From IMG/VR virus record IMGVR_UViG_2706794689_000009: a stretch of 39,305 nt of DNA, one strand, 5' to 3'. The notes beneath the pieces are model-generated. The model saw only the letters and a list, made by a program, of their open reading frames with translations. It ran no database searches and was not told the origin of the DNA. Source of the DNA: a virus. Its lineage: Duplodnaviria; Heunggongvirae; Uroviricota; Caudoviricetes. A program made the translations under genes and the position numbers. Shown in pieces: positions 8,918 to 17,984 of the stretch; positions within the stretch are counted from its first letter, which is position 1; the number at the start of each line of letters is the position of its first letter.

Positions 8918-9205
8918 ATGGAAAAAGAAATCAAATTTGCGCCTAAATCTATCGACGAAGAACTGGCTAAAATCGGCATGCTTGAACGTATGCGGGACAT
9001 TATCGAATATGCGATAAAAGAAAATCTTGCAGCCAGAGAAGCCCTTTTGATAATGGAGCGGGAGATTAACCTGATTAAGGATGCTGTATCTCTGGATAAT
9101 AAAATAGCCCGCGAGGAATACGTTCGCCGTAGGCTCGGTGTTGATGGTTCAGCAATTCTTACATCTGAACATTATGCAAAAATTTTTAATCTTTTTCAGC
9201 GGTAA
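8918..9205 (+). CDS. Hypothetical protein in AT-rich patch
   Basis: 95 aa from ATG 8918 (MEKEIKFAPK...). The 3' end overlaps the 3' end of a convergent minus-strand ORF. Confidence 0.45.
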   Translation: MEKEIKFAPKSIDEELAKIGMLERMRDIIEYAIKENLAAREALLIMEREINLIKDAVSLDNKIAREEYVRRRLGVDGSAILTSEHYAKIFNLFQR

Positions 9206-9425
9206 TCCCCATACAGGCCCGGAGATTGTCGAAATGCCAGTCGGTATTAATATATGAGCCATCCTGGATATCTTCTGCATTTTCCGGGGTAGAGTTTTTT
9301 TGAGCGAGATTGATAATATGTATTGCCTCCTCACGGGAAATCAGCCCCTTATCGAACAGGGTTACCATAAGATTTCCAGCCATTGTGAATGCGGCAACAT
9401 CAAGTGCATTTTTTATATCTGACAT
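9186..9425 (-). CDS. Hypothetical protein, opposite strand inside the early operon
   Basis: Clean 79-aa ORF (MSDIKNALDVAAF...) with an AAGGA ribosome-binding site about 9 nt upstream of its ATG. AT-rich, convergent with 8918-9205. Confidence 0.45.
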   Translation of the reverse strand: MSDIKNALDVAAFTMAGNLMVTLFDKGLISREEAIHIINLAQKNSTPENAEDIQDGSYINTDWHFDNLRACMGITAEKD

Positions 9426-9455
9426 AGATTTTTCCTTTTATGTTAATTGACATGG

Positions 9456-9487
9456 CGGTGCGGTAACACCGCCCATTTTTTATGGAG
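9456..9487 (+). terminator. Intrinsic terminator-like hairpin GGCGGTG-cggtaa-CACCGCC followed by a T-run
   Basis: 7-bp GC-rich stem followed by ATTTTTTAT, directly upstream of the gemA start. Confidence 0.5.
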
Positions 9488-9495
9488 CCACGATA

Positions 9496-10018
9496 ATGAA
9501 TCGCGCTTCCCTGATTACCTTAATACATGTCGCAAAACGCGATCTACAGCTTGACCATGATACCTATACATCCGCGCTGCTGGCAGCCACCGGCAAATCC
9601 AGTTGCCGTGATATGTCACCCGGTGAGTTATCCCGCGTGCTGGATGTTTTCAAAAAACGCGGTTTTAAAGTGCGTCAGANNNNNNNNNNNNNNNNNNNNN
9701 NNNNNNNNNNNNNNNNNNNNNNNNNNNNNNNNNNNNNNNNNNNNNNNNNNNNNNNNNNNNNNNNNNNNNNNNNNNNNNNNNNNNNNNNNNNNNNNNNNNN
9801 NNNNNNNNNNNNNNNNNNNNNNNNNNNNNNNNNNNNNNNNNNNNNNNNNNNNNNNNNNNNNNNNNNNNNNNNNNNNNNNNNNNNNNNNNNNNNNNNNNNN
9901 NNNNNNNNNNNNNNNNNNNNNNNNNNNNNNNNTGCTGGCAGCCCTGGATATGTCGGAACGTGCAGTGATGAGTTATGAGCGTGTTTGCAGGCTGTATGAA
10001 AAATCATTCCCCCGTTAA
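9496..10018 (+). CDS. gemA: GemA-like early regulatory protein, interrupted by N-mask 9680-9932
   Basis: N-terminus MNRASLITLIHVAKRDLQLDHDTYTSALL...LSRVLDVFKKRGF fits the Mu gp16/GemA family. A C-terminal piece after the mask ends at 10018. Frame continuity across the mask cannot be verified. Confidence 0.55.
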
Positions 10019-10023
10019 CCCCA

Positions 10024-10052
10024 AATCCCGCCACAGCGCGGGATTTTTATTT
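10024..10052 (+). terminator. Intrinsic terminator-like hairpin AATCCCGC-cacag-GCGGGATT plus T-run
   Basis: Perfect 8-bp stem followed by TTTTATTTT, immediately after the gemA stop and before mor. Confidence 0.55.
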
Positions 10053-10088
10053 TAAACTTGCCCTGTGTAATGATGACCGGAGGCGGGT

Positions 10089-10337
10089 ATGGCTGAAACA
10101 CAGATGAGCATGTTTGGTGACAGCGAACAGCTGCACGCGCTGATTGACCGTCTGGATGATATTCCTGATGATGAGCTGAAAAAGAACTGGCCCGGCACGC
10201 TGCGGGACCTGGTTGATGTGATCAGTGCTGAACTGCACCGTCAGGGGATTGAACCTGCTCAGGCGGGAATGCTTGCCCGTAAGGTTGCAGCCGCACAGGC
10301 CGGGTACATGGGCGGGCGTGGTTATTATCTCCCGGTC
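10089..10337 (+). CDS. mor: Mor-like middle operon regulator (3' end inside N-mask)
   Basis: MAETQMSMFGDSEQLHALIDRLDDIPDDELKKNWPGTLRDLVDVISAELHRQGIEPAQAGMLARKVAAAQAGYMGGRGYYLP parallels the Mu Mor N-terminal and dimerisation region. The C-terminal HTH would fall in the masked bases. Confidence 0.7.
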
Positions 10338-10597
10338 NNNNNNNNNNNNNNNNNNNNNNNNNNNNNNNNNNNNNNNNNNNNNNNNNNNNNNNNNNNNNNN
10401 NNNNNNNNNNNNNNNNNNNNNNNNNNNNNNNNNNNNNNNNNNNNNNNNNNNNNNNNNNNNNNNNNNNNNNNNNNNNNNNNNNNNNNNNNNNNNNNNNNNN
10501 NNNNNNNNNNNNNNNNNNNNNNNNNNNNNNNNNNNNNNNNNNNNNNNNNNNNNNNNNNNNNNNNNNNNNNNNNNNNNNNNNNNNNNNNNNNNNNNNN

Positions 10598-11094
10598 CAA
10601 AACTCCCCGCACCCCTGCGTAAAAAGCTGATTGCCCTTGTTCTGGCCGGAGCCGGGACGTTCACCATTGCCACGCACTACACCGGCTACTGGGAAGGGAA
10701 AGAAAACACCACGTACATTGATCCCACCGGCACCCCCACCATCTGTTACGGCCATACCGGCCCGGATGTGAAACCGGGGATGACAAAAACTGATGAAGAG
10801 TGTCTGGAGCTGCTGGAAAAGGACATGAAATGGGCCTTTGCGGCTATCGATCGTCATGTTCAGGTGCCGCTTACCCGTGGTCAGACGGTGGCGCTGGCCT
10901 CCTGGATTTTCTGGGCCGGTGAAACGAACTTTCGCAACTCCACGCTCCTGCGCCTTATCAATGCCGGGCAGATGCCCGCGTCCTGTAAGCAGTATATCCG
11001 CTGGATTTATTCAAAGGGGGTAAAACTCCCCGGTCTTGAGGCCCGCCGTTCGGCGGATGAATGGTTATGTCGTTACGATTTGCCGAAAGTCTGA
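10598..11094 (+). CDS. lys: Endolysin, phage lysozyme (GH24-like) with N-terminal signal-anchor (SAR type); start inside N-mask
   Basis: Visible translation KLPAPLRKKLIALVLAGAGTFTIATHYTGYWEGKENTTYIDPTGTPTICYGHTGPDV...VPLTRGQTVALASWIF co-linear with Mu endolysin. Gly/Ala-rich weakly hydrophobic N-terminal helix. Confidence 0.85.
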
Positions 11095-11167
11095 ACCGCT
11101 TCTGGCGACCGCTCATGATTGCGCTGCTGTGTGCCGTTGTGCTGCTGCGGGGTGTGCTGTGTCTGCG

Positions 11168-11557
11168 GTGAACAATCCCTTACCGGCCCTGATTGCCGGA
11201 GGCTGTATGGCGGCGCTGGGGGTGATGAGCGTGCTGGCTGCCGTGGTATGGGGAATGCACCAGAAGACGCAGCGCCTTGAGGACAATAATCATGTGCTTG
11301 TGCGTGAACGGGACGAAGCCCGTCTGGTGCTGGCAAACCAGCAACGCACCCTGCAACTCATTTCACAAATCAGCAAGGCGGCCACGAATGAAAAACAGCA
11401 GAACATGCAGCACAGCGAGGAACAGCAGAGCATTGTCCGCCGGTCACTGGCAACGGTGCCTGCTGCCGCTGTGCCTGTGCCTGATGATGTGGCTGACCGG
11501 GTGCGGCGGGCCGTCTGTGAAATACGTGCCGGTGAAGCCGGTGCCGATCCCCGCTGA
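11168..11557 (+). CDS. Rz-like inner-membrane spanin (start uncertain)
   Basis: Frame 11036-11557 contains one TM segment LPALIAGGCMAALGVMSVLAAVVWG followed by a charged coiled-coil-like region. GTG 11168 places the TM near the N-terminus; upstream ATGs would overlap the endolysin. Confidence 0.55.
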   Translation: MNNPLPALIAGGCMAALGVMSVLAAVVWGMHQKTQRLEDNNHVLVRERDEARLVLANQQRTLQLISQISKAATNEKQQNMQHSEEQQSIVRRSLATVPAAAVPVPDDVADRVRRAVCEIRAGEAGADPR

Positions 11558-11759
11558 ATGGCTGGCTGACTGCCTGGTCCCTCCCGCGCCGCAGCCGTTC
11601 ACGTTTGGTGCATCGGTCACTTACAACCTGCAACTGCTGGCGGTGATTAAAAACTGCAACGTGGACAAGGCCAGCATCCGCCGTCTGGAGACACAGCGAC
11701 AGCATGAATTTACTGATATGGCCGGAACGACTGCTGTTCCGGCAGGAAAGACGAAGTAA
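11388..11759 (+). CDS. Rz1-like outer-membrane lipoprotein spanin, overlapped architecture (start uncertain)
   Basis: Alternate frame inside and beyond Rz carries a lipobox LTGC followed by a proline-rich mature region PSVKYVPVKPVPIPAEW...PPAPQP. Confidence 0.5.
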   Translation: MKNSRTCSTARNSRALSAGHWQRCLLPLCLCLMMWLTGCGGPSVKYVPVKPVPIPAEWLADCLVPPAPQPFTFGASVTYNLQLLAVIKNCNVDKASIRRLETQRQHEFTDMAGTTAVPAGKTK

Positions 11760-11769
11760 GGAAAAAGGT

Positions 11770-11997
11770 ATGGATGATTCAGATTGTGCTCAGGCAGTCA
11801 TGGAGCGTGCAACAGAACGCGCCCTTTGTGACCGGCTGACACGTAAGCGCCGGGTGGCGGAGACACCGGGCAGGCGTGTATGCGCGGACTGCGGGGGTGA
11901 CATTCCGGCTGCCCGTCTGGTTGCCGTGCCGGATGCCATCCGTTGTGTGAACTGCCAGAACATCATGGAGGCCGGTCATGTGGGTCAGCATCGTTAA
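11770..11997 (+). CDS. TraR/DksA-family C4 zinc-finger protein
   Basis: MDDSDCAQAVMERATERALCDRLT...CADCGGDIPAARLVAVPDAIRCVNCQ: CxxC-(17)-CxxC arrangement typical of phage TraR-like proteins. AGGAAAAAGG ribosome-binding site before the ATG. Confidence 0.6.
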   Translation: MDDSDCAQAVMERATERALCDRLTRKRRVAETPGRRVCADCGGDIPAARLVAVPDAIRCVNCQNIMEAGHVGQHR

Positions 11998-12289
11998 AGA
12001 TTATGTCGTGCCGATCCTGTCGGCAACGGCCACAGCCGGGGGGATCTTCATGGCGCTGATGCGCAAAACCTTTGTCCCCCGCGAGGCCTTTGAAAAACTC
12101 TCCGACCGGGTTGAGCGGGTGGAGAGCCGGATTTCCGGCCTGCCCACGCAGCAGGAGGTGAACAGACTCAATATCGAAATCACCACCCTGCGCGGTGAGC
12201 TTAAGGCCACCAATGCCACCCTGAAATCCGTCTCCCATCAGAACGAACTGCTGCTGGAGCAGGCTGTAAGGAAAAAACACAATGAGTGA
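11978..12289 (+). CDS. Small membrane protein with coiled-coil (Mu gp25 position; possibly the SAR-endolysin releasin)
   Basis: 103 aa with N-terminal TM VVPILSATATAGGIFMALM, then a coiled-coil. Lies after the lysis genes as in Mu. Function inferred from position only. Confidence 0.45.
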   Translation: MWVSIVKDYVVPILSATATAGGIFMALMRKTFVPREAFEKLSDRVERVESRISGLPTQQEVNRLNIEITTLRGELKATNATLKSVSHQNELLLEQAVRKKHNE

Positions 12290-12572
12290 TTTCATTACTG
12301 AAGATCAGCGTCTTGTCATTCTGCGGTCGCTGGCGGATTACAACGGCGAACTGGGCGAATCCGTGCTTCAGGACTGCCTGGATGATTACGGTCACCGCGT
12401 GTCCCGCGACACCGTTCATACCCACATTGCCTGGCTTGCCGAGCAGGGACTGGTGCGTAAGCGCACGCTTGTTAACGGTTATTTCATCGCTGAACTGACC
12501 GGCCGGGGTCAGGATGTGGCGGAAGGCCGCGCCACCGTTCCGGGTGTGAAGAAACCACGCGCAAGGGGGTAA
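12282..12572 (+). CDS. Hypothetical protein (Mu gp26 position)
   Basis: 96-aa ORF overlapping its neighbours in the late operon. Confidence 0.5.
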   Translation: MSDFITEDQRLVILRSLADYNGELGESVLQDCLDDYGHRVSRDTVHTHIAWLAEQGLVRKRTLVNGYFIAELTGRGQDVAEGRATVPGVKKPRARG

Positions 12573-12574
12573 CG

Positions 12575-13156
12575 ATGGATAAGCCAGCGCGTGGCCGTGT
12601 ACGCAAGGTGGATTTGCTCCCCGACAGCATCCGTAAGCCGCTGCTGGAAATGCTGCGTGAAAAACGTCTGACGCAGGTCCAGATCCGCGAGGAAATCAAC
12701 CGTCTGATCCGTGAAGCAGGTCTGCCGGAAGAGCAGCAGCTCTCACCGGCGGCCATCAGCCGGGAAGCCTCCCGTAATGAGCTGATTGCCCGTAATCTGC
12801 GTGATTTACGCGAGCAGACAAAAGCCATGATGGCCGAACTGGGGGATAAGCCGACCGGTGAAACCACGGCACTGATTCTGGAGATGTCCCGTGCCCTGAT
12901 GTACCGCCGTCTGCGTGCCGCCACCGAATCCCTGAACAGCGACAGCGATGTGGATATGCGCCTTATTAAGGACATCCTCCTGTCGGCACAGCGTGCAGAA
13001 AGTGCCGCCGAGCGCAGCATTAAGCGTGAAAAAGAAATCCGGGCCGCATTTGCTGAAGAGATGGCGAATGCGGTCACCGATGAGTTGCGCGGCGTGGATG
13101 GCATGAGCGAGCAGATCGAATTCCGTATCAGGCAGATGCTGCTGGGTAAGGCGTAG
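12575..13156 (+). CDS. Putative terminase small subunit-like protein (Mu gp27 position)
   Basis: 193 aa, helical and charged. Immediately precedes the terminase large-subunit region. Confidence 0.6.
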   Translation: MDKPARGRVRKVDLLPDSIRKPLLEMLREKRLTQVQIREEINRLIREAGLPEEQQLSPAAISREASRNELIARNLRDLREQTKAMMAELGDKPTGETTALILEMSRALMYRRLRAATESLNSDSDVDMRLIKDILLSAQRAESAAERSIKREKEIRAAFAEEMANAVTDELRGVDGMSEQIEFRIRQMLLGKA

Positions 13157-13166
13157 GAGGTGAATC

Positions 13167-13415
13167 ATGGCAACAGATAACCGCTCACTGATGAGCAGTG
13201 CCCATCAGAAAGCATTCAGTCTTGCAACACAGTTACCTCCTGAAACCATAAAGGTATGTCGTGAGTTGACTGAACTCAGCATTGCCGGGGAAATATCCCT
13301 GGAACAACTGCATTCGCTGCTGGCAGAGGCTGCCACTGATGAGTTGAGCGGCGTGGACGTGATGACTGAAGAGCTTGAGTCCCGAATCAAAAGCATTCTG
13401 ACAGGTAAAGCATGA
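13167..13415 (+). CDS. Mini-protein sharing the C-terminal motif of the preceding gp27-like protein
   Basis: 82 aa, strong AGGAGGTG ribosome-binding site. Its C-terminus ATDELSGVDVMTEELESRIKSILTGKA parallels VTDELRGVDGMSEQIEFRIRQMLLGKA at the end of 12575-13156. Confidence 0.5.
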   Translation: MATDNRSLMSSAHQKAFSLATQLPPETIKVCRELTELSIAGEISLEQLHSLLAEAATDELSGVDVMTEELESRIKSILTGKA

Positions 13416-15079
13416 TGAACAAAGCCAGAGAAACGTCGCCTTCACTGATGCAAATGACGCCTCCCCGCAAAATTGATCTGTCAGGTGAAAAAGCCCTGCT
13501 GGGCGTGGATGTGCCGGACAGCCTTGATTTGCCCGGTGATATGCCGGTGTTTCTGGATTATCAGGCCCGCTGGTTTGCAGATGAAAGTCAGGTCTGCATC
13601 GCGGAGAAATCCCGCCGCACCGGTCTTACCTGGGCGGAAGCCGGGCGTAACGTCATTACTGCTGCAAAACCGAAGCGTCGTGGTGGCCGCAATGTGTTTT
13701 ATGTGGGATCAAAGCAGGAGATGGCGCTGGAATATATTTCTGCCTGCGCGCTGTTCTCCCGTGCCTTTAACCAGCTGGCAGATGCTGATGTGTATGAGCA
13801 GACATTCTGGGATCGGGATAAAAAAGAAGAAATTTTGACCTACATGATCCGCTTTCCGAACAGTGGATTCAAAATTCAGGCATTGTCTTCCCGTCCGTCA
13901 AACCTGCGCGGCCTTCAGGGGGATGTGGTGATTGATGAAGCCGCGTTCCACGAGTCACTGGATGAGCTTCTCAAGGCGGCAATGGCGCTCACTATGTGGG
14001 GCGCGCGCGTGCGTATTATCTCCACGCATAACGGCGTCGATAATCTGTTTAATCAGTACATTCAGGAAGCCCGCGAGGGGCGCAAGGATTACAGCGTCCA
14101 CCGCATAACCCTGGATGATGCCATTGCGGACGGGCTGTACCGTCGTATCTGTTACGTCACCGATCAGGAATGGTCACCGGAAAGCGAGCAGAAATGGCGT
14201 GATGATCTCTACAAAAACGCCCCGACCCGTGAGGATGCCGACGAGGAATACGGCTGTATCCCGAAAAAATCCGGCGGTGCCTATATCCCCCACGCGCTTA
14301 TTGAAATGGCGATGATCCGCGACATCCCGATTCTGACGTTTGAAGCCCCGGACAACTTCATCAGCCGTGCCGCATGGCTGCGTGAATCGGAAGTTTTAAC
14401 CTGGTGTGAAGAACATTTAAAACCGCTTTTAGAGAAATTAAATCCCCGTTCCCGCTTCAGCTTCGGGGAAGACTTTGCCCGCACCGGTGACCTGTCCTGC
14501 TTTGTGCTGCTGGAAATCACCGAATCCCTGGCAAAGCGCGAGGTGTTTCGCGTGGAGCTGCGCAACCTGCCGTATGCCCAGCAGGAACAGGTGATGATGT
14601 ACATCCTGACCCGCGTTCCGGCGCTGGTCGGTGCGGCGTTCGACGCCACCGGTAACGGCGGCTATCTGGCAGAGGCCGCACTGCTGGCCTTTGGCCCGGA
14701 CATCATCGACTGCGTGATGTTGTCGCCGAAGTGGTACGGCGAGTGGATGCCAAAACTGAAAGCCGAGTTTGAAGATCAGAATATCCTCGTCGCCCGCCAT
14801 CAGACCACGCTTGATGATTTGCGCCATGTGAAGGTAGTGAATGGTATCCCGCAAATCGACAAGGGGCGCACGAAGGACCAGAACGCAACGGCTGCGAACG
14901 CCCGCCGCCATGGTGATTTTGCCGTGGCGCTCTGTATGGCAAACCGGGCGTCATACATGGAGGGCTTCATCCTGGATGAATCAGCCTGTCAGGCGCTACA
15001 GGAGCGGTCGCGGGCAATGGAGGGCGGTTATCGTGATGACGATGAGGCATATCATGAATTTGATCGGGGGGGCTGGTAG
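13412..15079 (+). CDS. Terminase large subunit
   Basis: 555 aa. Position and length match Mu gp28; ATPase-like N-terminal half and nuclease-like C-terminal half with acidic residues. Overlaps upstream stop. Confidence 0.85.
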   Translation: MMNKARETSPSLMQMTPPRKIDLSGEKALLGVDVPDSLDLPGDMPVFLDYQARWFADESQVCIAEKSRRTGLTWAEAGRNVITAAKPKRRGGRNVFYVGSKQEMALEYISACALFSRAFNQLADADVYEQTFWDRDKKEEILTYMIRFPNSGFKIQALSSRPSNLRGLQGDVVIDEAAFHESLDELLKAAMALTMWGARVRIISTHNGVDNLFNQYIQEAREGRKDYSVHRITLDDAIADGLYRRICYVTDQEWSPESEQKWRDDLYKNAPTREDADEEYGCIPKKSGGAYIPHALIEMAMIRDIPILTFEAPDNFISRAAWLRESEVLTWCEEHLKPLLEKLNPRSRFSFGEDFARTGDLSCFVLLEITESLAKREVFRVELRNLPYAQQEQVMMYILTRVPALVGAAFDATGNGGYLAEAALLAFGPDIIDCVMLSPKWYGEWMPKLKAEFEDQNILVARHQTTLDDLRHVKVVNGIPQIDKGRTKDQNATAANARRHGDFAVALCMANRASYMEGFILDESACQALQERSRAMEGGYRDDDEAYHEFDRGGW

Positions 15080-16668
15080 TGGGACGCATCATTGATACTG
15101 ACGGAAAACCTTTCTCCTTTGACCCGGAGATGCAGAGTGCCGCGCTGGATATTCCGCAGATTGCCAGCCGTTATATTGAACATCCGGCTTCGGGTATCAC
15201 CCCGAACCGGGCGGCGCAGTGCCTTCGCGGGGCTGAACGTGGCGATCTGATTGCCCAGTCCGATCTGGCCGCTGATATTGAAGAAAAGGACACCCACCTT
15301 TTTGCGGAGCTGGGCAAGCGACGTCTTGCCATTCAGGGGGTGCCATGGAGTATTGAGCCGCCACCGAACGCCAGCGCGAATGAGAAAAAGGACGCGGAAA
15401 TGCTCGACGAATATCTGCATTCCGCAGACTGGTTTGATGCCATGCTGTTTGACGCCACGGATGCCATCCTGAAGGGCTATTCCTGCATGGAAATTGAGCA
15501 CGGGATGCTCGGTAAAATGCACATCATCCGCGCCATCCGCTGGCGTGACAGCGGGCATTTCTGCCTTAACCCGGATGATTTGAGCGAACTGCGGCTGCGT
15601 GACGGCAGCCATGCCGGGGTGGCGTTTCAGCCCTTTGGCTGGATAGTGCATCAGTCGCGTTCACGCACCGGCTACGGTGGTGCGACGGGGCTTGTCAGAA
15701 CGCTTATCTGGCCGTTCATTTTCAAAAACTATTCCGTGCGCGATCTGGCGGAATTTCTGGAGGTGTACGGCCTGCCAATGAAGGTCGGGAAATACCCGTC
15801 CGGGGCAACACCGGAGCAGAAAAGTGCCCTGATGCGGGCGGTGATGGATATCGGGCGACGTACAGGCGGGATCATCCCGGCCGGGATGTCGCTGGAGTTT
15901 CAGGCGGCAGCGAACGGTCAGGCCGATCCGTTTGAAACCATGATTTCGTGGGGTGAGCGTTCCATCTCCAAAGCAATACTCGGCGGCACGCTGACCACAG
16001 AAGCCGGAGACAAAGGCGCGCGCTCGCTGGGTGAGGTGCATAACGAGGTGCGCCGGGAAATCAGGGATTCTGATTTACGCCAGCTGGCTGCAACCCTGAA
16101 CCGCGATCTGGTGTATCCGCTGTATGCCCTGAACACCGCCCACGCCATTGATATCCGTCGCCTGCCGCGTATCTGTTTCCAGACCAAAGAACCGGGGGAT
16201 ATCACCAAAATAGCCAGTGCGGTGATGCAACTCAGTGCGGGGATGGATATTCCTGATCCCTGGGTACGGGATCAGACCGGTATTCCACAGCCCACGCCCG
16301 GTGAAGCCATATTCCGTGTCCGTCAGAGCAGTAATGAACCGGCCATGCCTGACAGGGAAACGCTACCGGAAAAACAGGAAAAGACAGAACAGACGGCGCT
16401 TTCAGCCCGACTGCCGGAAGCGAAAAACACGCCGCGTGATGAACTGGACGACATGGGGGACGCGGTGCCTGCCCGCCGCTTACAGGAGGCCATCGATCCG
16501 GTGCTGGAGCCGGTCATTGATGTCATCAGAACGCGGGGGCTGGCGGAGGCACTGGCAGACCTGCCTGCCCTTTACCGTGAAATGGATGATTCCCGCCTGA
16601 TGACGCTGCTCAGTGATGCCATGTTTGCTGCGGAAATGAAGGGGATGCTGGATGGCTCAGGGGATTGA
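15079..16668 (+). CDS. Portal protein (Mu gp29-like)
   Basis: 529-aa ORF (GTG start) following the terminase. Size and position match the Mu portal. Confidence 0.8.
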   Translation: MGRIIDTDGKPFSFDPEMQSAALDIPQIASRYIEHPASGITPNRAAQCLRGAERGDLIAQSDLAADIEEKDTHLFAELGKRRLAIQGVPWSIEPPPNASANEKKDAEMLDEYLHSADWFDAMLFDATDAILKGYSCMEIEHGMLGKMHIIRAIRWRDSGHFCLNPDDLSELRLRDGSHAGVAFQPFGWIVHQSRSRTGYGGATGLVRTLIWPFIFKNYSVRDLAEFLEVYGLPMKVGKYPSGATPEQKSALMRAVMDIGRRTGGIIPAGMSLEFQAAANGQADPFETMISWGERSISKAILGGTLTTEAGDKGARSLGEVHNEVRREIRDSDLRQLAATLNRDLVYPLYALNTAHAIDIRRLPRICFQTKEPGDITKIASAVMQLSAGMDIPDPWVRDQTGIPQPTPGEAIFRVRQSSNEPAMPDRETLPEKQEKTEQTALSARLPEAKNTPRDELDDMGDAVPARRLQEAIDPVLEPVIDVIRTRGLAEALADLPALYREMDDSRLMTLLSDAMFAAEMKGMLDGSGD

Positions 16669-17983
16669 TTTAGGTTATGCCGCCACGCTTCCCTCAAAAG
16701 AGACGGTGGCATACTTCCGCGCCAAAGGGGCGCATATCAGCTGGAACTGGTTCGAAACAGACGCGGATGTTCATGCCCGCTCATTCACGGCAGCAAAAAC
16801 GGCACGGCTGGATGTGGTAACCACATTACAGGCCGAAGTGCAGCGGGCCATTGATGAGGGGATTTCACAGAAAGAATTTATCCGCACACTGACGCCACGC
16901 CTGCAAAAGCTGGGATGGTGGGGAAAGCAGATTGTGGTGGACAGCGACGGTAACGCGGAAGAAGTGCAGCAGGGCAGTCCCCGTCGTCTGGCGCTGATTT
17001 ACAACGTGAACACCCGTGTGGCTTACAATGCCGGGCGTTACACGCAGATGATGAACAACACGGACACGCATCCGTTCTGGCAGTATGTGGCGGTCATGGA
17101 CAGCCGTACCCGCCCGTCGCATTCCGCCCTTAACGGTCTGGTATTCCGCTATGACGATCCGTTCTGGAAAACACACTACCCGCCCAATGGCTGGAACTGC
17201 CGCTGCCGTGTGCGGCCATTGTCTCAGGCCCGTCTGGATGCAATGGGGTTATCCGTTTCATCCGGTGAGGATCATCTCTCCACCCGCAATGTTGAGGCTG
17301 GCGTGGATAAACAGACCGGAGAAGTCAGAGAAATGCCGGTGACCACATATTCAGATGGCGCCAGAACCATGACACCGGATGTGGGCTGGTCATATAACCC
17401 CGGCTCGGCAGCGTTCGGCACAGACCAGGCGCTGATCCGCAAACTGATCGAGGTGAAAAGCCCGGCGTTACGGGAAATGGTGGTTCAGGAGATGAACAAC
17501 AGCCCGGAGCGGCAGCTGGCGTTCCGCATCTGGGCAAAAAACATCATGCAGACCCGGCGAGGTGGTAACGATATCCGCACGCTGGGCTTTATGACTGAAA
17601 GCATTGCGCAGGCAGTGGAAAGCCGGACGGGAACGCCACCGGCCCGCCTGCTGGCGATGAGCGGTAAAAATGTGCTCCATGCGGACAGTGTGAAACATCA
17701 GAATGACGGCATCGCTCTGACGCCGGAGGACTTCGGGCGCTTACCGGCAATGCTGGCAAGGCCAAAAGCGGTACTGTGGGACAAACGGCACAACAATCTG
17801 ATGTATATCGTGGAAAATCAGGATGGCAGTGTGCAGATTGCCGTTAATGCACCGTACAGTCTGAAACGTCAGCCCGACAAACTGGATGTGATTGTGAATG
17901 CTTACCGGGTTATCAATATGGATAAGCTGAAATCGGATATCCGGGGCGGAATGCTTGAGGTGCTGGAAGGACAAATTGATTAA
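16652..17983 (+). CDS. Head morphogenesis protein (Mu F-like)
   Basis: 443 aa with the conserved core PFWQYVAVMDSRTRPSHSALNGLVFRYDDPFW...NCRCRV. Confidence 0.85.
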   Translation: MAQGIDLGYAATLPSKETVAYFRAKGAHISWNWFETDADVHARSFTAAKTARLDVVTTLQAEVQRAIDEGISQKEFIRTLTPRLQKLGWWGKQIVVDSDGNAEEVQQGSPRRLALIYNVNTRVAYNAGRYTQMMNNTDTHPFWQYVAVMDSRTRPSHSALNGLVFRYDDPFWKTHYPPNGWNCRCRVRPLSQARLDAMGLSVSSGEDHLSTRNVEAGVDKQTGEVREMPVTTYSDGARTMTPDVGWSYNPGSAAFGTDQALIRKLIEVKSPALREMVVQEMNNSPERQLAFRIWAKNIMQTRRGGNDIRTLGFMTESIAQAVESRTGTPPARLLAMSGKNVLHADSVKHQNDGIALTPEDFGRLPAMLARPKAVLWDKRHNNLMYIVENQDGSVQIAVNAPYSLKRQPDKLDVIVNAYRVINMDKLKSDIRGGMLEVLEGQID

Positions 17984-17984
17984 C

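Noticed and set aside
9527-10857. ORFs in the six-frame track that run through N-masked blocks (for example 9527-10018, 10047-10673, 10222-10857, 10225-11094 upstream part)
   Set aside because: Their apparent length comes from masked bases translated as X. Only the unmasked portions were used, and only where they agree with recognisable proteins.
14281-15651. Minus-strand ORFs overlapping the terminase and portal genes (14281-14649, 14438-14911, 15052-15651)
   Set aside because: Antisense to strongly supported late genes in a unidirectional operon; no independent support.
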